Origin: Eledone cirrhosa
Lineage: Eukaryota
DNA length: 64,000 nucleotides
Reading direction: 5' to 3'
Assembly: GCA_964016885.1 (NCBI GenBank)
Contig: OZ024742.1
Span: forward strand, 237,708,001 to 237,772,000
This document shows positions 40,317 to 54,639 of the stretch, piece after piece. Below the pieces are notes generated by a model, which had not been told where the DNA came from, did no database searches, and saw nothing but the letters and a program-made list of their open reading frames with translations. Numbering within the stretch: position 1 is the first letter of the stretch; every line of letters begins with the position of its first letter. A program made the position numbers and the translations under genes.

Positions 40317-40361
40317 AATATTGCTGATGAGTTGTAACAACAACGAAACTAGTTCAATATT
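40317..40361 (+). ncRNA. Canonical type I hammerhead ribozyme
   Basis: aatattg-CTGATGA-gttgt aaca acaac-GAAA-ctag-TT-caatatt. 7-bp stem I, 5-bp stem II, palindromic stem III, GUU site. Confidence 0.9.
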
Positions 40362-40649
40362 CCTTGTCTGGCTTTCTGGAGAATAGAGGGAAGGTGTTCC
40401 CCCGAAAACCAGTATGACTCTAAAAACCGGTTTGTCTGTGTGTTTACATACAGAATAGCTGGGCTGCTCACTGTAAAGCAACCAGTGAAAGACTTGGTAC
40501 ACCTACATATGTATACGTGTGTGTATTCATATACACACTAGTATTTCAGTATGCATATGTAGATGTACATTTTTAACTTAATTGTTTAAGCGTCAGTCAT
40601 ACAAAAGTGAGTTACAAACGAAACGAAATTTAATTTCGTTTCGTTATTT

Positions 40650-40737
<88 letters not shown>

Positions 40738-40739
<2 letters not shown>

Positions 40740-40882
40740 CGAAGGAGATGTGGTAAGGAACCAGGTGGACCATAACGCACCAAAGTACTCAATACTTAGG
40801 GTAGTAGAGTGGGTAATAGGAACAAGTAAGACCCCGACGGCTGAGCTCAAGCCGTTTCGACGGCTAATTCTGTACTGAATAT
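40738..40882 (-). mobile_element. Family E copy (HHR 3' half plus tail) without palindrome
   Basis: Near-identical to the reverse complement of 36142-36282; bounded by (TA)n. Confidence 0.85.
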
Positions 40883-40933
40883 TATATATATATATATATA
40901 TATATAAATCTACATACATACATATATTTATAT

Positions 40934-40964
<31 letters not shown>

Positions 40965-41138
40965 AATCTACATATATACATAGATACATACATATATATA
41001 TAAATCTACATACATACATATATACATACATACATTTACGTATGTATATAGCTATGTTCGTGTGTACAGCACTCTAGCCACTAACAAAAATATATAGCTA
41101 TGCATTTATACATGCATTTATATTTAAGTGTGTAAGGT

Positions 41139-41211
<73 letters not shown>

Positions 41212-41215
41212 TTAT

Positions 41216-41292
<77 letters not shown>

Positions 41293-41299
<7 letters not shown>

Positions 41300-41544
41300 T
41301 AAAATAACAGATTAAAGTTTAAGCAAAGAATCGCTGCTTTCACCCTTAACGGGATCTTCTGAAACTGACAAAGTCAATCTGTAAACGCAGAAGATCCCGT
41401 TAAGGGTGAAAGCACCGATTCTTTGCTTAAACTTTAATCTGTTATTTTAATAAATATTTGCTCTACGGTTCTTATATATTTGATATATATTTATCCATAT
41501 CGAGCCCTCTTTGGATTTTAGTCTTCAATTTTATTATTATTACT
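41293..41544. mobile_element. Family G fold-back copy; complete U4A HHR on the minus strand at 41316-41366
   Basis: Arms 41293-41361 and 41388-41456 with a 26-bp spacer; homologous to 24555-24732. Confidence 0.8.
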
Positions 41545-41569
41545 ATATATATATATAAATATATATATA

Positions 41570-41826
41570 TGCAGTGTGACAAGAAGCTTGTTTCCCAACC
41601 ACATATTTCCGGGTTCAGTCCCACTGCCCGAGCCGACCAAAGCCCTGTGAGTGGATTTGGTAGATCGAAACTAAAAGAAACCCGTCGTATATATGTATAT
41701 ATGTCTATGTGTGTCTTTGCGTTTGTGTTTGCCCTCCCACCAATGTTTGTTGGTTTGTTGACGTCCCCATAACTTACCAAGGTGGTGCTCCAGCATGGGC
41801 GTAGCCCAGAGACAGGAAAAAAGTAA
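41570..41826 (+). mobile_element. tRNA-derived SINE with CR1-like 3' tail
   Basis: Degenerate head (gggttcagtccc). The tail ggtggtgctccagcatgg..acaggaaaaaagtaaaa resembles the CR1 3' end at 22113-22170. Confidence 0.6.
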
Positions 41827-41865
41827 AATGTGTGTGTGTGCGTGTGTGTGTGTGTGTGTGTAGAA

Positions 41866-42270
41866 GAGGGGTCTCAAACTCAAGGACACAAAAGGGCTAT
41901 TACGTCCTGGAGGAGAGGCACAGTGGGCCAAACGTGGTGGTGGGTGAACATTTTCACCAGTTATAATCATTTCTACTATAGGAACAAGGTATGGAATTTG
42001 GGGTTTAGGGTTCAGTCGATTGCATCGATCCTAGTACACAACTGGTACTTAATTCATCGACCCCAAAAGGATGTAAGGCAAAGTTGAGATCGGCGGAATT
42101 TGAACTCAGAACGTAAAAACGGAAGAAGTACCGTTAAGCATTTCGCCAGATGTGCTAACGATTCCACCAGCTCGCCGCCTTATTTTCATCAGTTATAATG
42201 CGATATGGAATATTGGTTCTACCACGGGCCACAGATAAGTAGTTCGCGGGCCGCATGTGTGAGCCCCCTG
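41866..42270. mobile_element. hAT-like MITE containing a SINE1 insertion (41968-42182) with 17-bp TSD
   Basis: Ends gaggggtctcaaac and gtgtgagccccctg, gggcc subterminal repeats. TSD ttttca(c/t)cagttataat at 41951-41967 and 42183-42199. Confidence 0.65.
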
Positions 42271-42282
42271 TTGGAGATAAAT

Positions 42283-45200
42283 AGATAGATATGTTTCTTT
42301 ATTAGCCACAGGGGCACAAAAGAAGGGGGAAGTTTACATACAATAAAAACGTGTAAAATACTATCACAAATACAATTTAAAAGTTAATCGATTTTCCCCA
42401 ATAGGGGGAGACATTACATATGGGTAACACATACCCCCGAAAAAATGTGCAACCCTCGTCTCCAGGAGTACGAAGAGTTTGTACCCCTTTCCTCTCCTCC
42501 TTTTTTCCTCAACCTACAGGCTGATATAGAGAGAAGGCCCATTCACTCGGGCCATTCTCGCCACTTTCATCCACCTTTCATAAAACTTGCTGAGGTACAG
42601 CACCTCTCTCTCCATCCTAATTCTTCTTCCAAAGTGGTATTTGAAAAAAAGAATCAGTTGTTGGCCGGAGAGAAAGGTGTCTGACCTCAGCCCTTTCAAC
42701 CTTGTCCACCATACAAACTCTTTCGCCATAGCTATCACACAAAGGAAAACCACCTCTCCTTCGTTTTTTAAGGAGGGTGGCGGTTTGATCATGGCAATGG
42801 ACTCGGTGGTCAACCGGATTGGTCCCACCCGCGACAATAGTCGTTATACATTGCACCACAGGTCGGTAACGCCCGGACAGTGTATGAATGCGTGCGCGAC
42901 GGTTTATTCGTCTCGCACGCACCTCGGACAGAGTGTTTTTGAAGGGTCCCTGCCCGGGCGCCCATGTCTGTAGAGCTTGTCTCGAACTGGTAGAGCTCCT
43001 CGGTAGCACTGCCAGGCCAGGGACTTTTAGAAGTTTTCCATCGGTCGTGGGCGGAAGGTCCTACCGAACAGACTGGCCAGTTCGTCTTCCTCTACGCCTA
43101 GAGCTTCTCCGAGCGCGTCGTCGTACTTGCTGCGGATCAACGCTCTATAGAATGACAAAGTTGAGTCTCCACTGATCGCAAGGTCCGCCTGCTAGAGGGC
43201 TATGAGCGCCTGAGCACACTTGATGTCCAGTCGCCCATTTTCCTCGGTCTTTGCTTAACCCAGGACTGCAGCTCGGTCAGCGGCGAGACGAGTCGTGGGA
43301 AGGCTCGCCTCACGAACGGGGCCCACACCGGTTGTCCGGTGAGGAATACGTAGAGATGCCGCAGCCTGAGCGCGTGTTTGCGCATCGTCAACCACGGCAT
43401 CCCCAGCCCTCCGTTAGAAGGGTGTTGGCAGCTGATGGAACTTCTCACTAAAGGAGCCCACCTCCTCCAAAGGAATTGGAAGAGCGCGCGCTCCAATTGG
43501 GTGAGCGTTTTGGCTGGACAAGGCAAGACGGTGAAGCGGTAGTAGATGGCGGACGCTATAAAAGTGTTCGCCACCTCCGCTCGACCCTTCAAGGATAGAT
43601 TGCACTCGGCCCACTTCTGGGTGAGTGCAAACACCTTGGCCGTCACCTCGTTCCAGTTCTTCTCCACCTGGTGGTCCGGACCAAACCAGACCCCGAGCAG
43701 CTTTACCGGTCCTTCCGTCCAGCGTCCGACGACGCCATTGGAAGGCATCGGTTTGCCTCTCCACGATCCGAGTTGCAAACCGATGGACTTGTCCCGGTTC
43801 ATCTTTGCTCCTGTGAACCTTTCGTATTCCTTCAGTAAGGTGCCGACTTCCTCGATTTGCGAGGCGCTCGACACCATTACTGTCACGTCGTCAGCGTAGG
43901 CCGATGCCGCTTTCCGCAGTCCCGGTTCCAGAGGGATGCCCTGCAATAGCTCCAGCTTCCGCAGTAGTGGCTCGAGAGTCAGTACGTACAGAAGGGAGGA
44001 GAGAGTGCATCCCTGTCGAATGGATCGCGTGATATGGAACGGCTTCGAGAGGTAGCCGTTCACCTTGACCCTTGAGCAGATGTTGCTGTTGTGCATTGCA
44101 GCAATCGAGCCCCTGAACACGGGTCCGAAGCCTGCCGCTTCGAGCACCGCATCCAGGTAACGATGGTCAACCCTATCGAAAGCCTTAAACTGTTCCAAGT
44201 TGATGAGGGCCCCACCGAAACCGGGTTTACACCCTACTCTCTCAATGATGTATCGCATGAGGTGGAGGTTGTCGTGTATTGACCTGGTCGGGATTGCGCA
44301 TGTCTGCGCTTCTCCCACCTGGTTCTCGACGACAAGCGCCAGCCTCTTTGCCAACACCTTGGCCAAAATCTGTAACTCTGTGTTTAGCAGAGTTATGGGC
44401 CGGAAGTTGCTTATGTCATCCCCCTTATTCTCGTCCTTCCTGACTAGTGTGACTACGCCTCTGGTCACAGAACTGGGAATTCTCCCGTTCTGCTGCCAGT
44501 TGCAGTAGACCGCTTCCAGGAGACCGGAGAATAAGTCCGGCATTGCTACGTAGAATTCGTATGGTAGACCGTCGAGACCTAGAGATTTCCGTTTGCCGCA
44601 TTGGCTCAGCGCGTCCCCTATCTCAGCGGCTGAAATTGGCTTTTCGCAGAACTTCGCCTCGCTGTCCGAGAGTCGCAGTAGGCCGTCGAGGTATGGACCA
44701 AAATCCATAGCATCTCCCGGCGCGCCGCCCTGCTCGAACAGTTGAGCAAAGTGCCGCTGAAAGGCCGCACACTGCTTCGGCTCACGTATCACGCGTCCGT
44801 CTTGGTCCTTCAAAGACCGAATCGTGGACTTGTTGCCACTTTTTGCCTCTGTCACTCGGGCCAAGCTAACAGCTTTGGCTCCCTCGTTTCCCAGAGCACG
44901 TATTTTGCTTCTAACAACGCAGCCCTCGTGCTTTGCGTCGAAAAACTGGTCCAATGCCGTTCTCGTTGCTAGCACGCTGGCTACGTTGCCACTTCTAATT
45001 GCCTCTTCTACTTTATTTACCAGTTCCTTCTCGGTTCTATTTCTATCTAACGCTAATTCTTTACTAAAAACTAACGAGTCTAATCTAACTGCCCTCGTGA
45101 GAGAGTACCACCAGCTGTTGTTGACAATGACCCCTGTCAAGTGCTGTTTAACTAAAGTGCTAATCCGTCTACTGTAGCCTTTGCATGTCGGTAAAGACAA

Positions 45201-46110
45201 GTTCAGCTTCCAGTAGCCGGGTCCTTGTCTATGGGTTCTATCAAGATTGACCATGCAGGTCACTAGTTTGTCATGTGAATAGGCAACCATGAACATTTGT
45301 GGACAGCTTAACATGTCCCTATCCTTATTCCTAACTACAACCCCATCTAGGTACGATCTAGATGTTCCGCTGCGATTAGTCCACGTCCACAGTGGCACAG
45401 CCGATTAACTGTTTGAGGCTGTTACACCCACCTTTATCGGGACATGCTCCCACATAGTCCCAACCTGCATCTAGGATTCCATTCCAGTCCCCCACTAAAA
45501 GCAAGGAGCGGGACGTTCCCAGAAAAGTCTCTAGACGTTTGAAGAATTCTGGCCGCGGTGTCCCGGATGGGGTATATTCGACTACCAGCCTGAAGGCTCC
45601 ACCTTCACTACCGTCAACGTTTAGGACCACCAGTCGACCCTCCGGGTCCAGATATACCGTCTGTGTTACGAGGCCCAGGTGTTTCCGCAGCAAAACGGCA
45701 TCCCCGCCCCCACCGTCCGGCTGACAGAGAGATGCGTAAATCTCAAAGTCATCGAATATGGGGGCCAGCTGTCGACGCTGTGGATGCTGGACTCACAAAT
45801 GGCTACTACATCCATACTGTGCGACCTGAGGTCGTTTAAAAGTTTGCCCTGTTTCCAGGGCATCCCCAGGCCGCGTACATTCACACATCCAACTCCTATA
45901 TTGGCCATGTTGCTTCTAAAAAGTTAAAAGAAGAGAAGAAAACACTCACCTCTTCGTCTCCCGGGGACCAGGCCGCACGGTTTCCAAGGGGGTGTTAGAG
46001 GGGTTGTCTGGGTGGGTGGTGGTTTCCGGCGGGGTGGGGACGGAGATGTTTGGTGGGATGGGGGTGTCTGGAGTGAGGGTGGGGAAACCTTTTAAAAGGA
46101 CGTGGTTAAT
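42283..46110 (-). mobile_element. Tx1/L1-clade LINE: ORF1 tail, frameshifted ORF2 (APE endonuclease, RT, zf-RVT/CCHC) and 3' UTR
   Basis: MANIGVGCVNVRGL (45908), LVGDWN, WTW..SYLD, GYWKLN, GLDGLPYEFY, NFRPITLLN, KAFDRV, RQGC.LS.LLY, AYADDV, LLGVWF and GGLGMP. The 3' end is ctgtggctaataaagaaacatatctatct. Confidence 0.95.
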
Positions 46111-46145
46111 GGGTTTAACACAAACTCTCTCTGTCCCTCCCTCTT

Positions 46146-46197
<52 letters not shown>

Positions 46198-47581
46198 GGG
46201 GGGGGGGGTATGTGTGTATCTATGTTTATATATAAGGGATAAAAATATTGCTTTCTCAGTCACCAAGATTCTCAATTCATTCCTTATTACTTATTTTGCT
46301 ACGAGGTATATTATTTTGCAAGGTACTATTTTTCCCCTGAGTTTGTGATTTCAGAGAAAGGTAAGAAATTCTTCATATTTTGCATCTTTTGTATTTTGAC
46401 TTTGCAGTTTCAATTGTCTATCCACTCAAAATATTACAACAGCAGCTAACAGTGAAATATAGAATTTTAAAAAAAAAAGAAGCTTTTTCGACTGAGATCA
46501 AATGTTTTTTTTTATTTCAAATATATATAATTTGAAATAGCTTGCTTTTGCTTTGGACTGAAACTTTTTGTATTTAATTCGTACGAGTATTTTTTAAAGG
46601 ATCTAAGATAACTTGATTTGGCCCAGTAATCTACTGATATCAAAATCAGTAGTATATTGAAAAATGGAAAAATAGGGTAGGGGGGCGTTTCGTGATTTCG
46701 ATGGGCAAAAGGGAGTGTTTGGCCAAAATGGGTTGAGAACCTTTGGTGTAGATAAATAGAGAGCGAGTGGTGGGGGTCTTTTTTAATGCTGTAAATATAT
46801 AACACCATTCTTGATTGTTGCTGGAGCTCCATCGATATCAACGATCAGTGCTCTAGTTGATCAAACAACGGAACAGCATACCCGTTCGTTCAACTAGCGT
46901 GCAAGTAGCTAAGCATTCCACAGTTGCGTATTTCTCAGGGTGATTTAGTGTGACAGAGTGTATGACACTGAAATATAAATACAACTCATTTCCTCCAGCT
47001 GAGTGTACTAGAGCGACGTGAAATAAAGTGTATTACTCAAAGACAGAAAGTGCCGGCGGAAACGGACTTCACGTCCTTGGGATCGTGAGCCGAACACCCT
47101 AGCCACTAAGTCATGTGCCTTCACAAAAGACATGGTTTCCTTTGTCCATTATGAAGATCGGCTTCTTTCCGTTTGCTGTTGGCGCGTGGCCAGATGGTTG
47201 GGCAGTTGGATTCACGATCATAAAATTATAGGTTCAATTCCTGGATCAAACGGCGCGTTATATTCTTAAACAAAATACTTTATCTCATGTCCCTCATTCT
47301 GCCAGTAGTTGCAACCGGCAGATAGTAACAGCATTGGAAAGACCAATGAAAACATAGTTTCTGTCGTCCGATCTGACAATCGGCACCTTTTCCTTTTAGT
47401 ATAGTTGTATGTATATGTAATCTTTTATTGAATACTTTCTGTAAAGAAAGAGCTGGATTATTGCCAAGAAACAAAGCCCCGTCACTAGAATGTAGATAGC
47501 AACGCCAGCGAAGAGGTATAGGTTGATATTAGACTTGCATATTTGTATCGTTCAGCAGACAGTTTATAATTTTGAAATCAG

Positions 47582-48040
47582 TGTGTGTGTGTATATATGT
47601 ATTTGTACAACGGGAAGCTTTTGTGCCAATACAAAGGTCATATTTTCACTATTGAAACAATTCCTGACTGCGATCTAATTGCCTACGCGCAGGAGGATGT
47701 GCAGCACCGTAACGAACTGATTCAGCAATGCGTATCGTACATAAAGTAAATGGTACAGAAGTATTAATCGTCCTCATGATCTTCCAATTGTTCCGTTCAA
47801 CTTATAGCTGTCTAATGAGGTCTTAACTGTTGCATAACATTAATTATCGAAATATATGATCTGAGTTCAAATCCCGCCGAGGTTAACTTTGCCTTTCATC
47901 CTTACGGGGTCGATAAAATAAAGTACCAGTAATGCACTGGGTAATTGCTGGCCTTGTGCCAAAAGTAGATACAATTAATTATCGAAATATATATAACAGC
48001 CATTATGAATAAATAAAGTAAATTCTAACCGGTTGACTTC

Positions 48041-48042
<2 letters not shown>
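47582..48042 (+). mobile_element. PLE2-type 3' end whose HHR (47807-48000) is split by a SINE1 insertion with 19-bp TSD
   Basis: gctgt-CTAATGA-..attaattatc-GAAA-tatat|SINE 47858-47973|attaattatcGAAAtatataTA-acagc. TSD at 47839-47857 and 47974-47992; AATAAA and (TA)n follow. Confidence 0.75.
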
Positions 48043-48094
<52 letters not shown>

Positions 48095-48107
48095 CAACAC
48101 ACACACA

Positions 48108-49263
<1,156 letters not shown>

Positions 49264-49297
49264 CGGAAAAGAATACATATATCTACACAAGTATAGA

Positions 49298-49348
<51 letters not shown>

Positions 49349-50509
49349 GTGTATGTGTGTGAAGATGTACATGTATAGTAAGGTGGCTAATCACCAGAGT
49401 TGTTAGAACGTCGAATAGAATGCTTTGAACGGTATTCGTCCCAAGATAACTTTATTTTTCATTCTTTCCTGATGTCTGTTAGTGGGTCAAGTTTTCTCTC
49501 CCTCACTCTATTACACTCGGTCTCTCTAACTCTTACTTTCTCTCTCCTTTTCTCTCTTTCAGTAATCGGAGAGGGATAGGTTCTATCGGGAACTAAGGGA
49601 CCATAGTATGGTACTTAGTTAAATATATCTAAATATTTTGGAAGTGAAATAGAATCGTAGTGAAAACATGTGATCTAGTCTTTGCTGGTATTGAATTCGC
49701 AATCACAAATCATGGGTTCTGTTCCTAGATCTAGCGCTGCGTTGTAAGACATTTCATTTCATGTTACTCCAGTCCTCTCAGATAACAAGTGTACTAGCAG
49801 CAAACCTTGCCATCTGTCTCAACAACATCATATTGACTGGAGCTTCTATCATTATATTACAGTGGAAGCCTATACATTGCGACCTCGTCGAAGGCCAGCT
49901 AAGCCTACATAAGTAACATTTATAACAACAATAAAACTGGGGCCCTTGTCATTAAAACACCCGATATAACATTTATGACATACAACCTCGTATGAGACGA
50001 ACAAAATCTACATACGCGTTAAATGTATCAACAGCATGTGACTAGGCTCCTATCGTTAAAACGCCCGAGAAAGCTCCAATAACGTATTACATCATAGGAG
50101 ATCAGCATCACGTTAGTATGAATTGTAACAACAACAATAAGTGTGGGAGATTTAGTAGAAAATAGTTCTTAAGTATATGTTAATCCTTGGGAAACAACAG
50201 CATGGTGGTTTTAACAAAATGGTCGTAAAATAGATTCACATATGCAATGGAGCCAAAACACCTACGAGATTTTGCAATGAGAGTGTTTAAAAGAGGATTA
50301 TTATAATTCCTCCTAAGAATAATTTCTTAAATACACATGAACAACTCAAACATGATGAGTTGTAAGAGTTGTATAAACAGACAGAAAATAGCTGTGAAAT
50401 TATAACTTGGGTGTACTGTTATCAACTTGAAATGAAAATGTAGATTTTTTTGCTGAAACAATATTGCGAATTAAAAGCTAAATACGTTGGACATGTCCAT
50501 TATCTATAC

Positions 50510-50651
<142 letters not shown>

Positions 50652-50694
50652 TATACATATATATGTATATGTATATATATATATATGTATATGT

Positions 50695-50808
<114 letters not shown>

Positions 50809-50874
50809 ATATATATACATATATGTGTGTATATATATATATATGTATGTATATATATATATATATATATATAT

Positions 50875-51010
50875 GATTCCTGGTGATTTCTAAAGGATGA
50901 AACAGTTCTAGTCCTGTAGAATCTCATTTATATTAAAACTTTTATACTACGCTATGTATTGAGTACCTTACTTAATGTGGTTACCGCCCGATTCAACCCG
51001 GAATAACGTA

Positions 51011-51090
<80 letters not shown>

Positions 51091-51282
51091 CATATATGTG
51101 TGTATATATATATATGTATGTATATAAATATATATATATATATATATGATTCCCGGTGATTTCTAAAGGATGAAACAGTTCTAGTCCTGTAGAATCTCAT
51201 CTATATTAAAACTTTTATACTCTGCTATGTATTGAGTACCTTACTTACTGTGGTTACCTCCGATTCAACCCGGAATAACGTA

Positions 51283-51284
<2 letters not shown>
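50875..51284 (+). mobile_element. Family F: two tandem about 137-bp units, each starting with an HHR (50875-50923, 51148-51196), separated by (TA)n
   Basis: gattc-C(T/C)GGTGA-tttctaaaggat-GAAA-cag ttctagtc ctg-TA-gaatc, period 273 bp. A third, inverted and rearranged copy lies at 51721-51830. Confidence 0.75.
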
Positions 51285-51318
<34 letters not shown>

Positions 51319-51348
51319 ATCAAAAGATGGTTAAAAGAGTTCCATGTA

Positions 51349-51415
51349 TTTTATTATGCGCATTTCAAAAACAAATATCATCATGCAATAATATTTGTGT
51401 TTTCATCAGATAAAA
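51349..51415 (-). ncRNA. Canonical type I hammerhead ribozyme in fold-back unit 51313-51595
   Basis: ttttat-CTGATGA-aaac acaaatattatt gcat gatgatatttgt tttt-GAAA-tgcgca-TA-ataaaa. Unit arms at 51313-51341 and 51472-51500. Confidence 0.88.
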
Positions 51416-51594
51416 CAGGAAGACATGATATGAAGGTTAAAAAACACTTGTGGATAGTGCAGTTTTAAATCAACTCTTTTAACCATCTTTTGTTCTTATA
51501 TATTATGTATACTCCAGTCCTACAAACTGTAGAGTGCTTCTTATCCGATATCTGCATTGCTTTATTGTACTACAATAAAACTCACCTCCTACAT

Positions 51595-51721
<127 letters not shown>

Positions 51722-51830
51722 GTTATTCCGGGTTGAATCGGAGGTAACCACAGTAAGTAAGGTACTCAATACATTGCAGAGTATAAAAGTTTTAATTCTA
51801 GTCCTCTAGAATCTCATCTATATTAAAACT

Positions 51831-51926
<96 letters not shown>

Positions 51927-52335
51927 TATATATATACACACACATATTAAAGGTTTAGTGGTTAAAGCATTCAGTTTACAATCTGAAGGTTGTGAGTCCG
52001 TTTCTCGGACCGAGTGATGCATTGTGTCCTTGAACAAGACACTTCATTTCACGTGGCTCCAGTTTACTCAGCTGTAGAAATTAGTTGCAACGTCACTGGT
52101 GCCTAGCTGTATTGGCCATTGCCTTTCCCTTGGACAACATTGGTGGCGTGAGAAGGGAGGCTGGTATGCATGGGCAACTGCTGGTTTTACACATACTACC
52201 TTGCCCGAAGAGAACATTCTAGGTGTAATCCCATGGTCATTTGTGGCTGAAGGTTTTTTTTTACCCTTTATATATTGTGTATATAAATATCATATTTATA
52301 TATATATATATATATTGGTGTAAGTATGCACACGT

Positions 52336-52368
<33 letters not shown>

Positions 52369-53374
52369 CGCATATATATATCACCTTGATCACCTTGACC
52401 GACCAGTCTGTCGGACGCCATTCGGCGCCGCTCGTCAGCACGTTACTGTTTTAGCCATACGATGACGCCATCCCACTGGCTGGGCAGGCAGGCCGTAAGT
52501 CTAAAGTCTGTCTTAAGCCAGAAGGCTCATTTGGCCGGTGCTCATCCCGGCTTCATGGCGTGAAGAGACTGAGAGCACAAGGCTCCCCCACCCCTGGATA
52601 TATATATATATATAAGTGAAGGTATGTACATCTCCTCTGATAATTTGTAATTTTTTTTTACATAGATCTTTAATATGATATACATACCAACACACATATA
52701 TATCCCAGAAAAGATCGTAAAATGATGATCTTTTTAATATAATGAACCTGTTCTTTGTTTTTATTTCATTGTTTTTATTAATTTATCTTGACTCTGTTTT
52801 CCTATGATTTTTATCGTTAAATTTTGAATGCAATTTCTCTTTTCATGATATCTTCTATATTTGGACTACATTGAGTTCTTCAAACGGATTGGACACTACC
52901 GTTTATTTTGGTAGATTTATCTACACATATATATATATATTCGTTTGTAAACAAAAGGCCCGATTAAAGCTGTGCCGTGCCAATGACAAATCATTATCCG
53001 TTTGTTCAACACTGGCATTGAGGAACAATCAGCATGTTTCTGGGTCATCAAGACAGTATACCTCTGCCAATCTGTTGAACGGCTGAAAATATATAGTATG
53101 TTTTAAGTACGCAACAGCTGTGCAGACATATAGTATGTTTAATAGATAAACATTTTGAAAGCCCAGCTACGAATAAAGGCTGACGGCCAGGGCCGTCTAG
53201 CGGATCCCAGCAGAAACACCGAAGAATAACTGTCTCTGCGCATTTCAAGCTAATGACTCTCATTCGGACAGACCTCTCATTCCCTGCTGCTTTCTGTTGG
53301 AATTTGAAAACAAGCGGCAATATATAGTATTTTCTATGTGTATGTGAACTGATTAGCCTCATTTGCATATAAAG

Positions 53375-53438
<64 letters not shown>

Positions 53439-53687
53439 GAAAGGTATAGAAAACATTGTAGCAAAAAGCCAACAGTATTCCATAATATATAAGTGACTAT
53501 AGCGTCAAAATGGGAAAAATAGTTAACGTAAGATGTGGGAAAAATAATTCAAACTCAACTCAAAGAGAATCAGGTTATAGATCCATCCACAGAATTTAGT
53601 GAAATCCATGGAAAAATCAATAGAGCCTTAACTCATGATAAAATAAAGTTTAAAATAATCATCCTTCAATTTGGAAAAACTTCAAAT

Positions 53688-53767
53688 GCTCTGTATAGTC
53701 TTAAAGACTATTTCACGAAAACTTTCAGTGGAGATGGTCACGGTTGGAATCCGATCCTCAGCAGAGC
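53688..53767 (-). ncRNA. Type I hammerhead ribozyme in (TA)n-bounded unit 53436-53950
   Basis: gctctg-CTGAGGA-(44-nt stem II region)-GAAA-tagtct tta agacta-TA-cagagc. 6-bp stem I and long stem III. Confidence 0.8.
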
Positions 53768-53975
53768 TCAACTCGATAACCAAAAAATTTCTCACTGATT
53801 AATATGCCAAAAAGGGAATTTAAAACAGGCTAGTTCACCATCATGCGTGATTATGAAAAATAAAACGCACATGTGGAAAGACAGGGCTGGTGACGTCAGA
53901 ATGAGACGAATGTTTGTTTACAAGAAACAACAGTCAAAAAACATTCCGAAAAAAAAAAAATATATATATATATAT

Positions 53976-54385
53976 AAATTAGAATTTGCGCTCTGAAATA
54001 GCGATTTATATATGAATGTATATATAGTGTATATATAGTGTATTTTGCAATACACTGTATGGTTAATTAAAAGCATTTCGAAGACCTTACGCTATTGTTT
54101 TAGAGTAGTGATAGTCTCACTTACTTTTAATTTTCAGCAAACAGGGGAGATCAAGCTGACAGAGCTGTGTTTCGTACTGATTGGTACTTATCAAAGCCTT
54201 ATACCGCTCTGTATAATCAGTTCCTGATTATTACTAGAAATTCTATAAGAATCAAACATTCATGATTGTCAGCAAACAGGTGCAGTACTGTCACTACTCT
54301 AAAACAATAGCGTAAGGTCTTCAAAATGCTTTTAATTAAGCATACAGTGTATTGCAAAATACACTATATATACATTCATATATAT
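53976..54385. mobile_element. Family B fold-back copy (about 95-bp arms)
   Basis: About 54020-54111 is inverted relative to about 54290-54385; bounded by (TA)n. Confidence 0.8.
54153..54199 (-). ncRNA. Compact type I hammerhead ribozyme, U3-A8 core
   Basis: aggct-TTGATAA-gtac caatca gtac-GAAA-ca cagctc tg-TC-agctt. Confidence 0.78.
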
Positions 54386-54390
54386 ATATA

Positions 54391-54580
54391 ACAAAGGAAT
54401 TGTGGTAAGGAACCAGATGGACCATAACGCACCAGAGTACTCAATACTTAGGGTAGTAGAGTGGGAAATAGGAAAAAGTATGACCCCGACGGCAGAGCTC
54501 AAGCCGTTTCGACGGCTATTTCAGTTCTGAAATAGCCGTCGAAACGGCTTGAGCTCTGCCGTCGGGGGTCATACTTTTTC
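54391..54580. mobile_element. Family E copy with about 108-bp palindrome (54473-54580, centre 54525-54526)
   Basis: gacggctatttcag-tt-ctgaaatagccgtc; HHR 3' halves on both strands. Confidence 0.85.
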
Positions 54581-54639
54581 ATATATATATATATTTATAT
54601 ATATATATATATATATATACATATATACATATATACATA

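Larger units (their letters stand above)
39836..40653. mobile_element. Retrozyme-like family H: 467-nt terminally redundant unit with 336-bp inverted duplication
   Basis: Arms 39836-40171 and 40248-40583 are almost identical. tttcgttatttgttt occurs at 40172 and 40639. (TA)n on both sides. Confidence 0.85.

Noticed and set aside
39917-40502. Twin 72-aa ORFs on opposite strands (also 4560-4778 and 4897-5124)
   Set aside because: By-products of the inverted repeats. They have non-ATG or junction-derived starts, no recognisable motif, and overlap the ribozymes.
53027-53057. Minimal HHR-like TTGATGA-ccca-GAAA-catg on the minus strand
   Set aside because: Two core mismatches and no stem II; cannot be distinguished from chance.
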